Virus record (IMG/VR): IMGVR_UViG_3300017914_002572
Location: 1 to 25,688 of that record
Direction: 5' to 3' (one strand)
Source of the DNA: a virus
Taxonomy: Duplodnaviria; Caudoviricetes
Length of the DNA stretch: 25,688 bases
Part shown: in pieces, positions 1 to 7,870 of the stretch
Numbering within the stretch: the first letter of the stretch is position 1
Layout of the letters: each line of letters opens with the position of its first letter
Position numbers and translations under genes: made by a program
The notes under the pieces: model-generated
Seen by the model: the letters and a program-made list of their open reading frames with translations, nothing else
Database searches by the model: none
What the model was told of the DNA's origin: nothing

Positions 1-197
1 AAACTTTTTATCGTTATAGCCTTTTTTTTTTTTTTTTTCTTTTCCCATAGCTTCTCAAATATATAGTGTATTATTGTCATTAATATAGAAATGAAAAGTC
101 CGAACCATGTTGCATGCCAATCACCAAACCAAAGTCTAGCCATCAAAATACAAATAATGATTGAGAGAACTCTCCACACTATAACTTTTAAAATCAT
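1..197 (-). CDS. Small membrane protein, DUF2061-like (partial, runs off the window edge)
   Basis: Manual translation from ATG at 197: MILKVIVWRVLSIIICILMARLWFGDWHATWFGLFISILMTIIHYIFEKLWEKKKKKKKAITIKS... It has two hydrophobic segments. K..xWR..G...HY.FE.LW resembles the DUF2061 pattern as I recall it. Not in the ORF track because there is no stop in the window. Confidence 0.55.
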   Translation of the reverse strand, partial: MILKVIVWRVLSIIICILMARLWFGDWHATWFGLFISILMTIIHYIFEKLWEKKKKKKKAITIKS

Positions 198-262
198 TTG
201 CGTATTGTCATTAGATAACAAACTAAAACTCCTAATGCAACAAACATTGCAGTTACAAACAT
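194..262 (-). CDS. Putative 22-aa hydrophobic micropeptide (MFVTAMFVALGVLVCYLMTIRK)
   Basis: Fills the gap between the gp44 stop (268) and the next ORF, overlapping it by ATGA. One TM-like stretch with a basic C-terminus. Confidence 0.35.
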   Translation of the reverse strand: MFVTAMFVALGVLVCYLMTIRK

Positions 263-267
263 TGCAT

Positions 268-1206
268 CTACTTCCATGTTGTACTTCCCATTAATTCAGT
301 CATACATGCGACTGTATTTAATTCTTTATCAGCAACAAATGCTGCTTTATATTGATAGTCAGCCAATATTACGACTGCCTGTGGAATAGAATTAGGTTCA
401 ATGTATTCGTACATTGAGTCATATATTCCACGAAAGATTACTGAAGAATCAATGTCACTATTAAGTCCTACCCACTTTCTCATTTCACGAAAGTTTTTAG
501 TTTTAATGTGAGAGGCTACTTCTGCAATCTTTTTATTATTAAGAGTAACCAAAACATCACTTTCCAACTCTCCAGTAGATGAGAACTTTTGACATTCATT
601 CAAAACTCTTCGCCAATCTGGTGCATATTTCATTATTAGCTCAGCTACAACTTGTTTGTTATAACTTACCTTTTCACCTGATAATATAGTTTCTAGTCTT
701 TCAAGAAACTGAGCACAGAGTTTAGCTAAGTCATCTTTATTTGTATTAAACTCAATAACAGAACATCTTGAATGAAGTGGCTCAATGATTCTATTCTTAA
801 AATTACATGTTAGAATGAATCTACAACTAGCACTGAACTCTTCGATAAAAGCTCGAAGTGCAGGTTGAGTTGATTGCGCATTCAAGTAGTCTGCCTCATC
901 GAGTAATACTACTTTATGTTTCCCATTATGCAATGACACCGAAGATGCAAATTGTTTTATCTTCGAACGTAATGTATCAATACCACTTTCTTCTGATGCA
1001 TTGATTAATAGGACATCAAGGTCAAGCTCATTACATAGAGCTCGAGCAACCGTGGTCTTTCCTAAACCGGAAGTACCACTTAAAATAAGATTTGGTATTT
1101 CACCCTGCTCAACAATCTTACTAAAGATTTTCTTTAGACCGATGGGTAAAATAGTTTCTTCAATTGTTTTTGGTCGATACTTTTCGACCCATAAAAAATT
1201 ATTCAT
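268..1206 (-). CDS. 44: Clamp loader large subunit (T4 gp44-like, RFC family AAA+)
   Basis: LWVEKYRP N-terminal motif, Walker A GTSGLGKT, Walker B LLDEAD, SRC motif; located downstream of gp45. Confidence 0.97.
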   Translation of the reverse strand: MNNFLWVEKYRPKTIEETILPIGLKKIFSKIVEQGEIPNLILSGTSGLGKTTVARALCNELDLDVLLINASEESGIDTLRSKIKQFASSVSLHNGKHKVVLLDEADYLNAQSTQPALRAFIEEFSASCRFILTCNFKNRIIEPLHSRCSVIEFNTNKDDLAKLCAQFLERLETILSGEKVSYNKQVVAELIMKYAPDWRRVLNECQKFSSTGELESDVLVTLNNKKIAEVASHIKTKNFREMRKWVGLNSDIDSSVIFRGIYDSMYEYIEPNSIPQAVVILADYQYKAAFVADKELNTVACMTELMGSTTWK

Positions 1207-1269
1207 AATATAAAACTCACTAAAAATTAATGGTGCCTGTTCACCCTCCGCACCACAGGGGGTAAGAAG

Positions 1270-1578
1270 TTACTCTGTTACAAGCTCTTCTGCTTCATCA
1301 ATATTCAAGGTTTCAGGTTCACCTTCTTCTCCTTGAATTGCTGGACCATCAGCTGGGTTACCAGCGTCATCACGTGGTTGGTGATATTCGACAAATGTCA
1401 CCAAGCGATTACGCAGAGTTCCAACATCGGAAAGCTCCGGTCCTTCAAAACCTCCCCGCTTAGCGACAGTATCAATAATCGCAATCATAACGGAGAAGTC
1501 GCCGAGGTTGATTTCAGGTGGAGCACCTGCATCACCCTGTGCTGCGGCATCAGCATTATATGTTTCTTTATCTGACAT
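1270..1578 (-). CDS. Hypothetical phage protein between gp45 and gp44
   Basis: 102-aa ORF packed in the operon. The core IIDTVAKRGGFEGPELSDVGTLRNRL resembles small conserved proteins I recall from aquatic T4-like phages; the termini are acidic. Confidence 0.8.
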   Translation of the reverse strand: MSDKETYNADAAAQGDAGAPPEINLGDFSVMIAIIDTVAKRGGFEGPELSDVGTLRNRLVTFVEYHQPRDDAGNPADGPAIQGEEGEPETLNIDEAEELVTE

Positions 1579-1582
1579 AGTA

Positions 1583-2284
1583 TTATCCTATGGTTGAGGT
1601 TTTTTCTAGTGCTATCCAATATTCAGCTACTGGACACTTCCAACTCGAAATTAATTTATTAGATATTTGAACTTTATAATTCTGTCCATTAATCAACTTC
1701 AAGTTAGATATTAAAAATTGATATTCATTACCCATGCGTTCACTTACATCACCATTAAAGTTCATATTAGACACAATGTCTAAAGTAAATGTATTAGCAG
1801 TAGGATTATTAGGGTCACATACTTTTGCTTCTACCCATGTTTCTGATTTCTCATTGTCTTCTTTAATAGAAATCGAAAGAACAGGATGTCCTAGTGCAGA
1901 AGCTGCTTTTTTGATTTGACCAATCTGCTCAGCTGTAAATTCAAACTCAAAGTTACAATCTGGCATATTTACATTAGCTGGAGGTGCAGTCAAAATTTCA
2001 GTATTAGCAAATCGATATTCAACTTGAGTTTTATCACCTTTGATTTTTACTGCATTATTAGTAAACTCAAGAGTTGGATTGTCGATAAGATTAAAAGCAG
2101 ATAGAAACTCATTCAAGTCATAGATACCAAAACCATTCTCAAAGGTTTCAGTGATATCTGCAGAAGCCATAATATTCTTGGCTTCGCTAATGGTCTTTAG
2201 ATTAGACCCTGCCGAAACAACTAAGTTCGGATTGATATTAGAGAAGTTCTTTAAAACTTCGATAGTTTTTTCACTTAATTTCAT
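1583..2284 (-). CDS. 45: Sliding clamp (T4 gp45-like)
   Basis: MKLS..T..LKNFS.IN N-terminus, FGIYDLNEFL, YWIALE C-terminus. Start placed at 2284 after GGAG (2291-2294), not at 2296. Confidence 0.96.
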   Translation of the reverse strand: MKLSEKTIEVLKNFSNINPNLVVSAGSNLKTISEAKNIMASADITETFENGFGIYDLNEFLSAFNLIDNPTLEFTNNAVKIKGDKTQVEYRFANTEILTAPPANVNMPDCNFEFEFTAEQIGQIKKAASALGHPVLSISIKEDNEKSETWVEAKVCDPNNPTANTFTLDIVSNMNFNGDVSERMGNEYQFLISNLKLINGQNYKVQISNKLISSWKCPVAEYWIALEKTSTIG

Positions 2285-2298
2285 AGTATACTCCAATT

Positions 2299-2306
2299 TA
2301 TTTATA
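2299..2306 (-). promoter_or_regulatory. T4 late promoter TATAAATA upstream of gp45
   Basis: Exact TATAAATA on the minus strand, 14 nt upstream of the gp45 ATG. Confidence 0.65.
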
Positions 2307-2312
2307 AAGTTA

Positions 2313-2344
2313 CCTCGTTCCTTTTTACAGGAACGAGGGTTTTT
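2313..2344. terminator. Stem-loop between the AAA+ ATPase gene and gp45, probable terminator
   Basis: Perfect 10-bp stem CCTCGTTCCT (2313-2322) / AGGAACGAGG (2329-2338). The T-run is on the plus side (2340-2344); the minus side has only TAACTTT. Confidence 0.7.
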
Positions 2345-2377
2345 ATTGAGGTTAGGTTAGGTTATTGCTTTCGCAAA

Positions 2378-3571
2378 TTATTTTATTTCATCGAAAATAC
2401 TTTTGATTTTTTCCTCTTCGGTTTGATTTTCGTCACTTGACTCTTCTCCGTAGTTAACATCGGCGTCAACTTTGGAGTAGAGGTCGAGGAACGCATCTTT
2501 GGTTTCTTCGTCGAATCGACTGATGCAGAGAGCGATACTCTTCATACGGTCGTTGAAAATTTTGTAGGTCTTGGTTATGTGGCATAACCGGCGAGTTGAG
2601 ATAACTTCATCGACTCCGTCAGCTTCGAATGTTTTTCGAATGACATTTGACCAGGCGATTAGTTTTTTAAGAAAGTCTTCATCGAGTGAATCGTACTTGA
2701 GCATGTGAGCCTTGACGATTTTTTCTTCAACTTGTGGATTAGGAAATGGCTGGTCAATTGCGGCCACGAATCGCTCGAGGAACGCATCGTCAATGATTGA
2801 AGCGGCGGTGTATCGTCCGTCATCTGAACCACGACCTTTGGTATTTGCGGTGGCAATCACATTGAAGCCAGGAGCTGGTTTGATTACCTCGCCTGTCTTT
2901 TTCAGAAGAACAGGGTTACCTTCGAGAACTCCTTGAAGACACATAATCTTGTTTGTGGCTCGGTCAATCTCGTCAATTAATAAAATGGCACCTTTTTCCA
3001 TCGCCTTGATGACTGGACCTTTTTGGAAAACGGTCTCTCCGTTAATCAAACGGAAACCACCAATCAAATCGTCCTCATCGGTTTCTGGTGAAATCTGAGC
3101 TCGAACATATTCTCTGCCAGTATTAGCACAGACTTGTTCGACCATCATGGTCTTACCATTTCCGCTGGGGCCGGAAATGTAAATCGGATAAAACATCTTG
3201 GACTCAACAACTTTTTTGATGGTGTTGAACTCGCCCCACTTGATGTATTCGGCGACTTTTTCTGGTATGTAAACCTCGTCGTCAGTGACTGATTGGACTG
3301 ATTGGTAATTCATAACCGGAGTGGCGACATTGGCCATTGCGGTTACAGGAGCATCAGTGACAACATTGTCGTCGGACGGGAATGAATAATAACCTCGCTT
3401 AGAACCGGAGGTCATATATTTGTAGACTACGTTGTAGCCTTCGGAATCTTTCATGCCGAGCTTCTTGGAAGCAGCGATAATAGATTTACGAGAGTGCTCA
3501 CCTGAGCCCAACTCGGAGGCCAATTTTGTCGCATTGGCGGCGATGATTTTTTGTCTTTCAATTTGATTCAT
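2378..3571 (-). CDS. MoxR/CobS-like AAA+ ATPase
   Basis: Walker A GPSGNGKT, DEDDLIGG, Walker B LLIDEID, ATANTKG, FLERF, ISTRRL. Same type as the 'CobS' of cyanophages, with an N-terminal extension of about 100 aa. Confidence 0.93.
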   Translation of the reverse strand: MNQIERQKIIAANATKLASELGSGEHSRKSIIAASKKLGMKDSEGYNVVYKYMTSGSKRGYYSFPSDDNVVTDAPVTAMANVATPVMNYQSVQSVTDDEVYIPEKVAEYIKWGEFNTIKKVVESKMFYPIYISGPSGNGKTMMVEQVCANTGREYVRAQISPETDEDDLIGGFRLINGETVFQKGPVIKAMEKGAILLIDEIDRATNKIMCLQGVLEGNPVLLKKTGEVIKPAPGFNVIATANTKGRGSDDGRYTAASIIDDAFLERFVAAIDQPFPNPQVEEKIVKAHMLKYDSLDEDFLKKLIAWSNVIRKTFEADGVDEVISTRRLCHITKTYKIFNDRMKSIALCISRFDEETKDAFLDLYSKVDADVNYGEESSDENQTEEEKIKSIFDEIK

Positions 3572-3604
3572 AACTTAACCTTATTTTCTCAATTTTGTAT
3601 CTAT

Positions 3605-3663
3605 ATATTACGATAGTTGCAGCCCAATGTAAAGGAAAAAAACACCAAATATGCATTTTTTTT
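3605..3663 (-). promoter_or_regulatory. Sigma70-type early promoter for the AAA+ ATPase gene
   Basis: -35 TTTACA (3633-3628), 17-nt spacer, -10 TAATAT (3610-3605), upstream A-tract-ATGCAT. A near-identical copy lies at 6046-6103. Confidence 0.8.
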
Positions 3664-3757
3664 AAGCTTCGAGAATGCTCTCAATGCATCTCGTAATCTG
3701 GTGTTAATCTTATCTATTAGGCTATTCATATAAATTCTGTTCTCGTGCATTCTCACC

Positions 3758-6019
3758 TTAACTAATTGACTCAGCGAATTTTCTCATTAGGATTCGTACG
3801 TTTTTCGAGGAGCTATGGTGTTTGGCGAACTCTCGGGCCAGTTTGTTTTGAGAGGCTCTTGACTCTGCCATGCTCTTACCTGATTTGTCTTTGATGTCAG
3901 TTTCGAACTCTTGCTCTTCTCTAATATCAACGTTGGTGTCTAAAATGTAATAATCGGAGTAACCCATTCTGTTAGGCATGTGGACATGTTTCTCTTTTTT
4001 CCAAATCTTTTCGTATTTTTTGCGAAGGTCGTACATTTCGCTATAAGTCATGTCATTGCGTAATGCTTTTGAAATTCTGTCGGCTACCATTCTCTTACTC
4101 TCTGGTAAGAAGTACCCAATCATGTTGACTCCGTAATGTTGACCCACAATTTGGTTGAGAGCTTCGGTGTCATATCGTCTTGAAGATAACTTGTATGTTT
4201 TGCCATCGAGCTCGAGGCATCTACCATTTCGGCCACGATTCCATCTGTCTGTCGTGAACATTCCGTGAGAGTCGCCATCGGTCAAAGTAATCACATTGAG
4301 TTTTTGAACTCTATGTTTGGCTCGGAATCTTTTAATAAGATGTCCAATATTTGCAAGACTCTCGTCAAGAGGAGTACCACCGAGACCTTCTTCGTCCGGC
4401 ACCAACCAACTTGAAGAATAATAAGAGTGGCGAGTCTTACCATAGAGCCATAGGAAATGGCGAGCTTTTTCTCGAACTCCTTTTGGCATGTCACTTGAAA
4501 GTAATTCGTTTTGAATCAGAGAGCGACAATCAATCTCATTTTTGAAAAATCTGTCATCACTTCCGTCGTGACCCATTGATGTGAATGAAATAACTGTATA
4601 AGGAACTCCAACTCTGTCACAGAACTCTGTGAGATTTAAAATCTGATTAATAACACCGGTCAGCACTGAACTCATAGAGCCAGAATAGTCAACGAGGAAA
4701 ATCATTCCGTGAGACTTGGCATCGGCAAGAGTAGTGACTGAAGAAAAGATTTGGTCATCATATTTGTATTTGTGAAGTTTGGTCACATCGATTGAACCGG
4801 TGCGAGAAACTTTAGCTCGAGAATATTGATAAGCTGCTTTGCGTTGTTCGAACTCTCGAACGAGAATGCCAACTTTTTTCTTAGAGTCTTTTTTAAATTG
4901 TAAATATTTGTCCATACTTTTGGAAGCAGTTCTCTCATACATCGCAATGCCAGAATCATTATCATCGTGAACTCTCAAATTTTTGAGATGCTCAACTCGT
5001 CGATTCATAACTTTTTTGTAATCTGAAAACTGGCGATAGAAGTTGTCTTTTGAAGAAGGCAACATTTTGTAATACCCGCCATTTTGATTTTCTTCATCTT
5101 CTGAATTGTTGTCATTGAAAGCTCTTTGAGTTTCTGAAATAAATTCGTGAGATAACTCTTCATTACCATCGGTTGGTGAAGTCTCTGTTGATTCTGATTC
5201 GTCGTCAGTTTCTTCTGAATCGTCACTTGAATCAATTCCTTTTGAAACCTCTGACTCTTCGCTAGAATCATCGTCATCGTCGGAACTTGTTGAGTGAGAT
5301 TCTTCTCCGTCATCTGAAGTATCGTCATCATCTGGTGACCAAGGAGAAGGTGGCGTTTCGTCAACCTCTGACTCTTGCTCTTCTGAATCTTTTGATGGTT
5401 TGGACTCTTCGATATGTTTATCGCCATCATCGTCTTTCTCGAGTTTCTCGTCTTCTAATCTTTTGAGAACTTCGTCATAAAGAGAAAGAACTTCATCAAA
5501 TGTTTCTGCCGCATAAGCTCTCTCAAAAATGTCTCTCTCGTCATCTGAAAGAGGAACATCAATAATAGTACCAATCTTGGCGTGGAGATTTAAGCGATCT
5601 AAAAATGACAACTCAGAGATATCTTTGTCAGCTATCTCGAAAAAATTCTTTTCATGTAACTCGGTATAACCCTCTTTGAAATAACGAGGAAGGCCAGGAT
5701 AAGTGGCCTGAATCTTTCGCTCGATGCGAATATCTTCGAGAACATTTACAATATCGAAATGAGAATATTTGACTTTAGACTCAGGGTCATCAAAGAACTC
5801 ACCAGGAGTCCAAAGAGCATGTCCGACTTCATGGCCGAGGAGCATGTCATAAACAGACTTGGACTTGTCGGACCAATCTGGTAAACCGAGGACTCGGTTC
5901 TTAATATCGAAATAAGCTGTCCGAAAATTTCCGTGAGTCACGGTGATATTTTCTTTGGCCAATAATTTACCGAGAGCTGAACGTCTCTCTTTTTGAAGAA
6001 TTAATTTATCATCTGTCAT
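3758..6019 (-). CDS. CobT-like VWA protein with an N-terminal HEXXH metallopeptidase-like domain and an acidic linker
   Basis: HEVGH motif followed by NVLEDIRIE; long D/E/S-rich linker; MIDAS motifs DYSGS, GGTP and TDG. Start placed at 6019 after SD GAGGT (the track gives 6034). Confidence 0.88.
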   Translation of the reverse strand: MTDDKLILQKERRSALGKLLAKENITVTHGNFRTAYFDIKNRVLGLPDWSDKSKSVYDMLLGHEVGHALWTPGEFFDDPESKVKYSHFDIVNVLEDIRIERKIQATYPGLPRYFKEGYTELHEKNFFEIADKDISELSFLDRLNLHAKIGTIIDVPLSDDERDIFERAYAAETFDEVLSLYDEVLKRLEDEKLEKDDDGDKHIEESKPSKDSEEQESEVDETPPSPWSPDDDDTSDDGEESHSTSSDDDDDSSEESEVSKGIDSSDDSEETDDESESTETSPTDGNEELSHEFISETQRAFNDNNSEDEENQNGGYYKMLPSSKDNFYRQFSDYKKVMNRRVEHLKNLRVHDDNDSGIAMYERTASKSMDKYLQFKKDSKKKVGILVREFEQRKAAYQYSRAKVSRTGSIDVTKLHKYKYDDQIFSSVTTLADAKSHGMIFLVDYSGSMSSVLTGVINQILNLTEFCDRVGVPYTVISFTSMGHDGSDDRFFKNEIDCRSLIQNELLSSDMPKGVREKARHFLWLYGKTRHSYYSSSWLVPDEEGLGGTPLDESLANIGHLIKRFRAKHRVQKLNVITLTDGDSHGMFTTDRWNRGRNGRCLELDGKTYKLSSRRYDTEALNQIVGQHYGVNMIGYFLPESKRMVADRISKALRNDMTYSEMYDLRKKYEKIWKKEKHVHMPNRMGYSDYYILDTNVDIREEQEFETDIKDKSGKSMAESRASQNKLAREFAKHHSSSKNVRILMRKFAESIS

Positions 6020-6045
6020 ATTGTCTAACCTCATTTTCTATTAAT

Positions 6046-6103
6046 ATATTACGATAGTAACAGCTGAATGTAAAGAGAAAAAGCAACGTAAATGCATTTT
6101 TTT
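6046..6103 (-). promoter_or_regulatory. Sigma70-type early promoter for the VWA/peptidase gene
   Basis: -35 TTTACA (6074-6069), 17-nt spacer ending ACTATCG, -10 TAATAT (6051-6046), upstream A-tract-ATGCAT (6097-6092). Confidence 0.8.
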
Positions 6104-6160
6104 AATTTGACTTAAAGCCATATACCGCAGGGGTTTATGCACTACTGTGACATTATGTCA

Positions 6161-7870
6161 CTAATTTTCTTTGATTTTACTGAAATTATTTTGCTTCTCG
6201 AACTCGATTTTGGCTGGAAACTTACCATCGAGGAGGTCTTGCTTATGAGATATAATAAATGTATTAGTACCTTCATCTAATGTATACAAGATTTTCAGTA
6301 GATTATCCACGCCATCTGCGTCAAGTGAGGAATCAAATGTTTCGTCTAACATTAATAGATTTGTATTAGCAGAGTTCTTCATTCTAGCGATTTGTCGCCA
6401 AGAGAATAATAATGCTAAATCAATACGTTGTTTCTCACCTTCGGAGAAAGATGCATAACTAAAATCATCACGATGTCTTGAACGAATTGTTTCATCAAAG
6501 TTTTCGTCAAGATTGAAAGAAACGAAAAAGTCTAATACCTGTAAATGTTTATTAATTAAGTTATTCATAACAGGTAGATATTCTTTTATAATCTTTGTTT
6601 TGATTCCTGTATCTTTGAGTAACTCATAGAGAGCATCATAGTATGCTCTAAGTTCTGTCTGCTTAGACTTCTTTTCAGTCTCTTGTAATTTAGATTTATT
6701 AAACCCGTCTAAATCTTGTTCAGTCTTCGAAGTATCTGCAGATGGAGTATTAATCTTTTCTTGTATCTTACGAACTAATTCTTTTTTTTCATTAATAGTT
6801 TTAAATACACTTTGCTGGTCGGAAGATAATAGCTTTAACTCATAGAACCTATCATTCAATGTTTTGTATTCTGCTTCTGTAGCTTCTAAAGTTTCTTTTA
6901 ATTTATTTAAACCAGTTTGAGTTGTCTCAATATCTAATTTAAATTTAGTAATAGACGTCTCTCTCATTTCTTGAGACATCTCTTGTTTACATGTAGGGCA
7001 AGATGTATTATCTTCAAAGAACTTTTTCTGTGATGTTAAGTTTGAAATCTTACCACCTATCTGACCTTCAAGACTATTAAGTTTTCTTTTCTTCTCCTCA
7101 AGAGTGTCAAGCTCTACTCTGTCTGGTTCAGGCCCTGCTATCTTTTCTCCAATCTCAAGATAACGACTATTCAATTGTTCAATTTCTTCTTCTAAAGTAT
7201 TGATACTATCTTGGAGTTCTTTTTTCTTTTGCTCATCTAATGCAGTCAGTTCACTTAGGTGTTGATGAGAAAGACGTATCTGTTCATTCAGCATATGAAT
7301 CTGATGTTCTGTATCTGATATCTCACTTTTTAATATTGTGAATCTTTCTTTTAGTAAAACATTCATCTTACTGAAGACATTAATATCAAGTAACTCTTCT
7401 ACAACATTTCTTCTTTGATAAGCAGGTAGTTGCATAAAAGGAATAAAGTTTGATGAGCCAAGAACAACTACTTGATGAAAAGATTTATGGTTTAACTTAA
7501 GAACATTTGTCTCTAAAAGTTTCTGATAATCTCTCGCGTGCGACTCTTGATTTAACATCTTACCATTTCGGTAAATCTCAAAGATGTTTGGTTTAGCTCC
7601 ACGAATAATTTTATATTCTGTCGACCCTATTGAAAACTCGATAGTGACCAATAACTTCTTTCCATTAATAGAGTTTATCAATTGTCCTTTATTGATTGCT
7701 CTATGGGGTTTACCAAACAATGCAAAAGATAACGCATCTAACATTGTTGATTTACCAGAACCATTATGTCCTACAACTAATGTGGATTTATCTTTATTTA
7801 AATAGATTGTGGTTTCTTTGTCACCAGTCGAAAGAAAATTCTTATAAGTTAATTTTTTAAATACTATCAT
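6161..7870 (-). CDS. 46: Recombination endonuclease subunit, Rad50/SbcC-like (T4 gp46)
   Basis: Walker A GHNGSGKS, coiled coil with CPTC zinc hook, FSEGEK signature, LDETFD. Confidence 0.97.
   Translation of the reverse strand: MIVFKKLTYKNFLSTGDKETTIYLNKDKSTLVVGHNGSGKSTMLDALSFALFGKPHRAINKGQLINSINGKKLLVTIEFSIGSTEYKIIRGAKPNIFEIYRNGKMLNQESHARDYQKLLETNVLKLNHKSFHQVVVLGSSNFIPFMQLPAYQRRNVVEELLDINVFSKMNVLLKERFTILKSEISDTEHQIHMLNEQIRLSHQHLSELTALDEQKKKELQDSINTLEEEIEQLNSRYLEIGEKIAGPEPDRVELDTLEEKKRKLNSLEGQIGGKISNLTSQKKFFEDNTSCPTCKQEMSQEMRETSITKFKLDIETTQTGLNKLKETLEATEAEYKTLNDRFYELKLLSSDQQSVFKTINEKKELVRKIQEKINTPSADTSKTEQDLDGFNKSKLQETEKKSKQTELRAYYDALYELLKDTGIKTKIIKEYLPVMNNLINKHLQVLDFFVSFNLDENFDETIRSRHRDDFSYASFSEGEKQRIDLALLFSWRQIARMKNSANTNLLMLDETFDSSLDADGVDNLLKILYTLDEGTNTFIISHKQDLLDGKFPAKIEFEKQNNFSKIKEN

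Noticed and set aside
241-266. Direct repeat CAAACATTGCA x2
   Set aside because: Only two short copies, matching the MFV..MFV peptide; not an array.
5005-5430. 141-aa alternative-frame ORF inside the VWA gene
   Set aside because: It overlaps the low-complexity acidic linker, where stop-poor alternative frames are expected; no recognisable motif.
2378-6019. Cobalamin-biosynthesis (cobS/cobT) auxiliary metabolic genes
   Set aside because: The motifs support only a general MoxR AAA+/VWA assignment; there is no cobN or other cob gene in the window.
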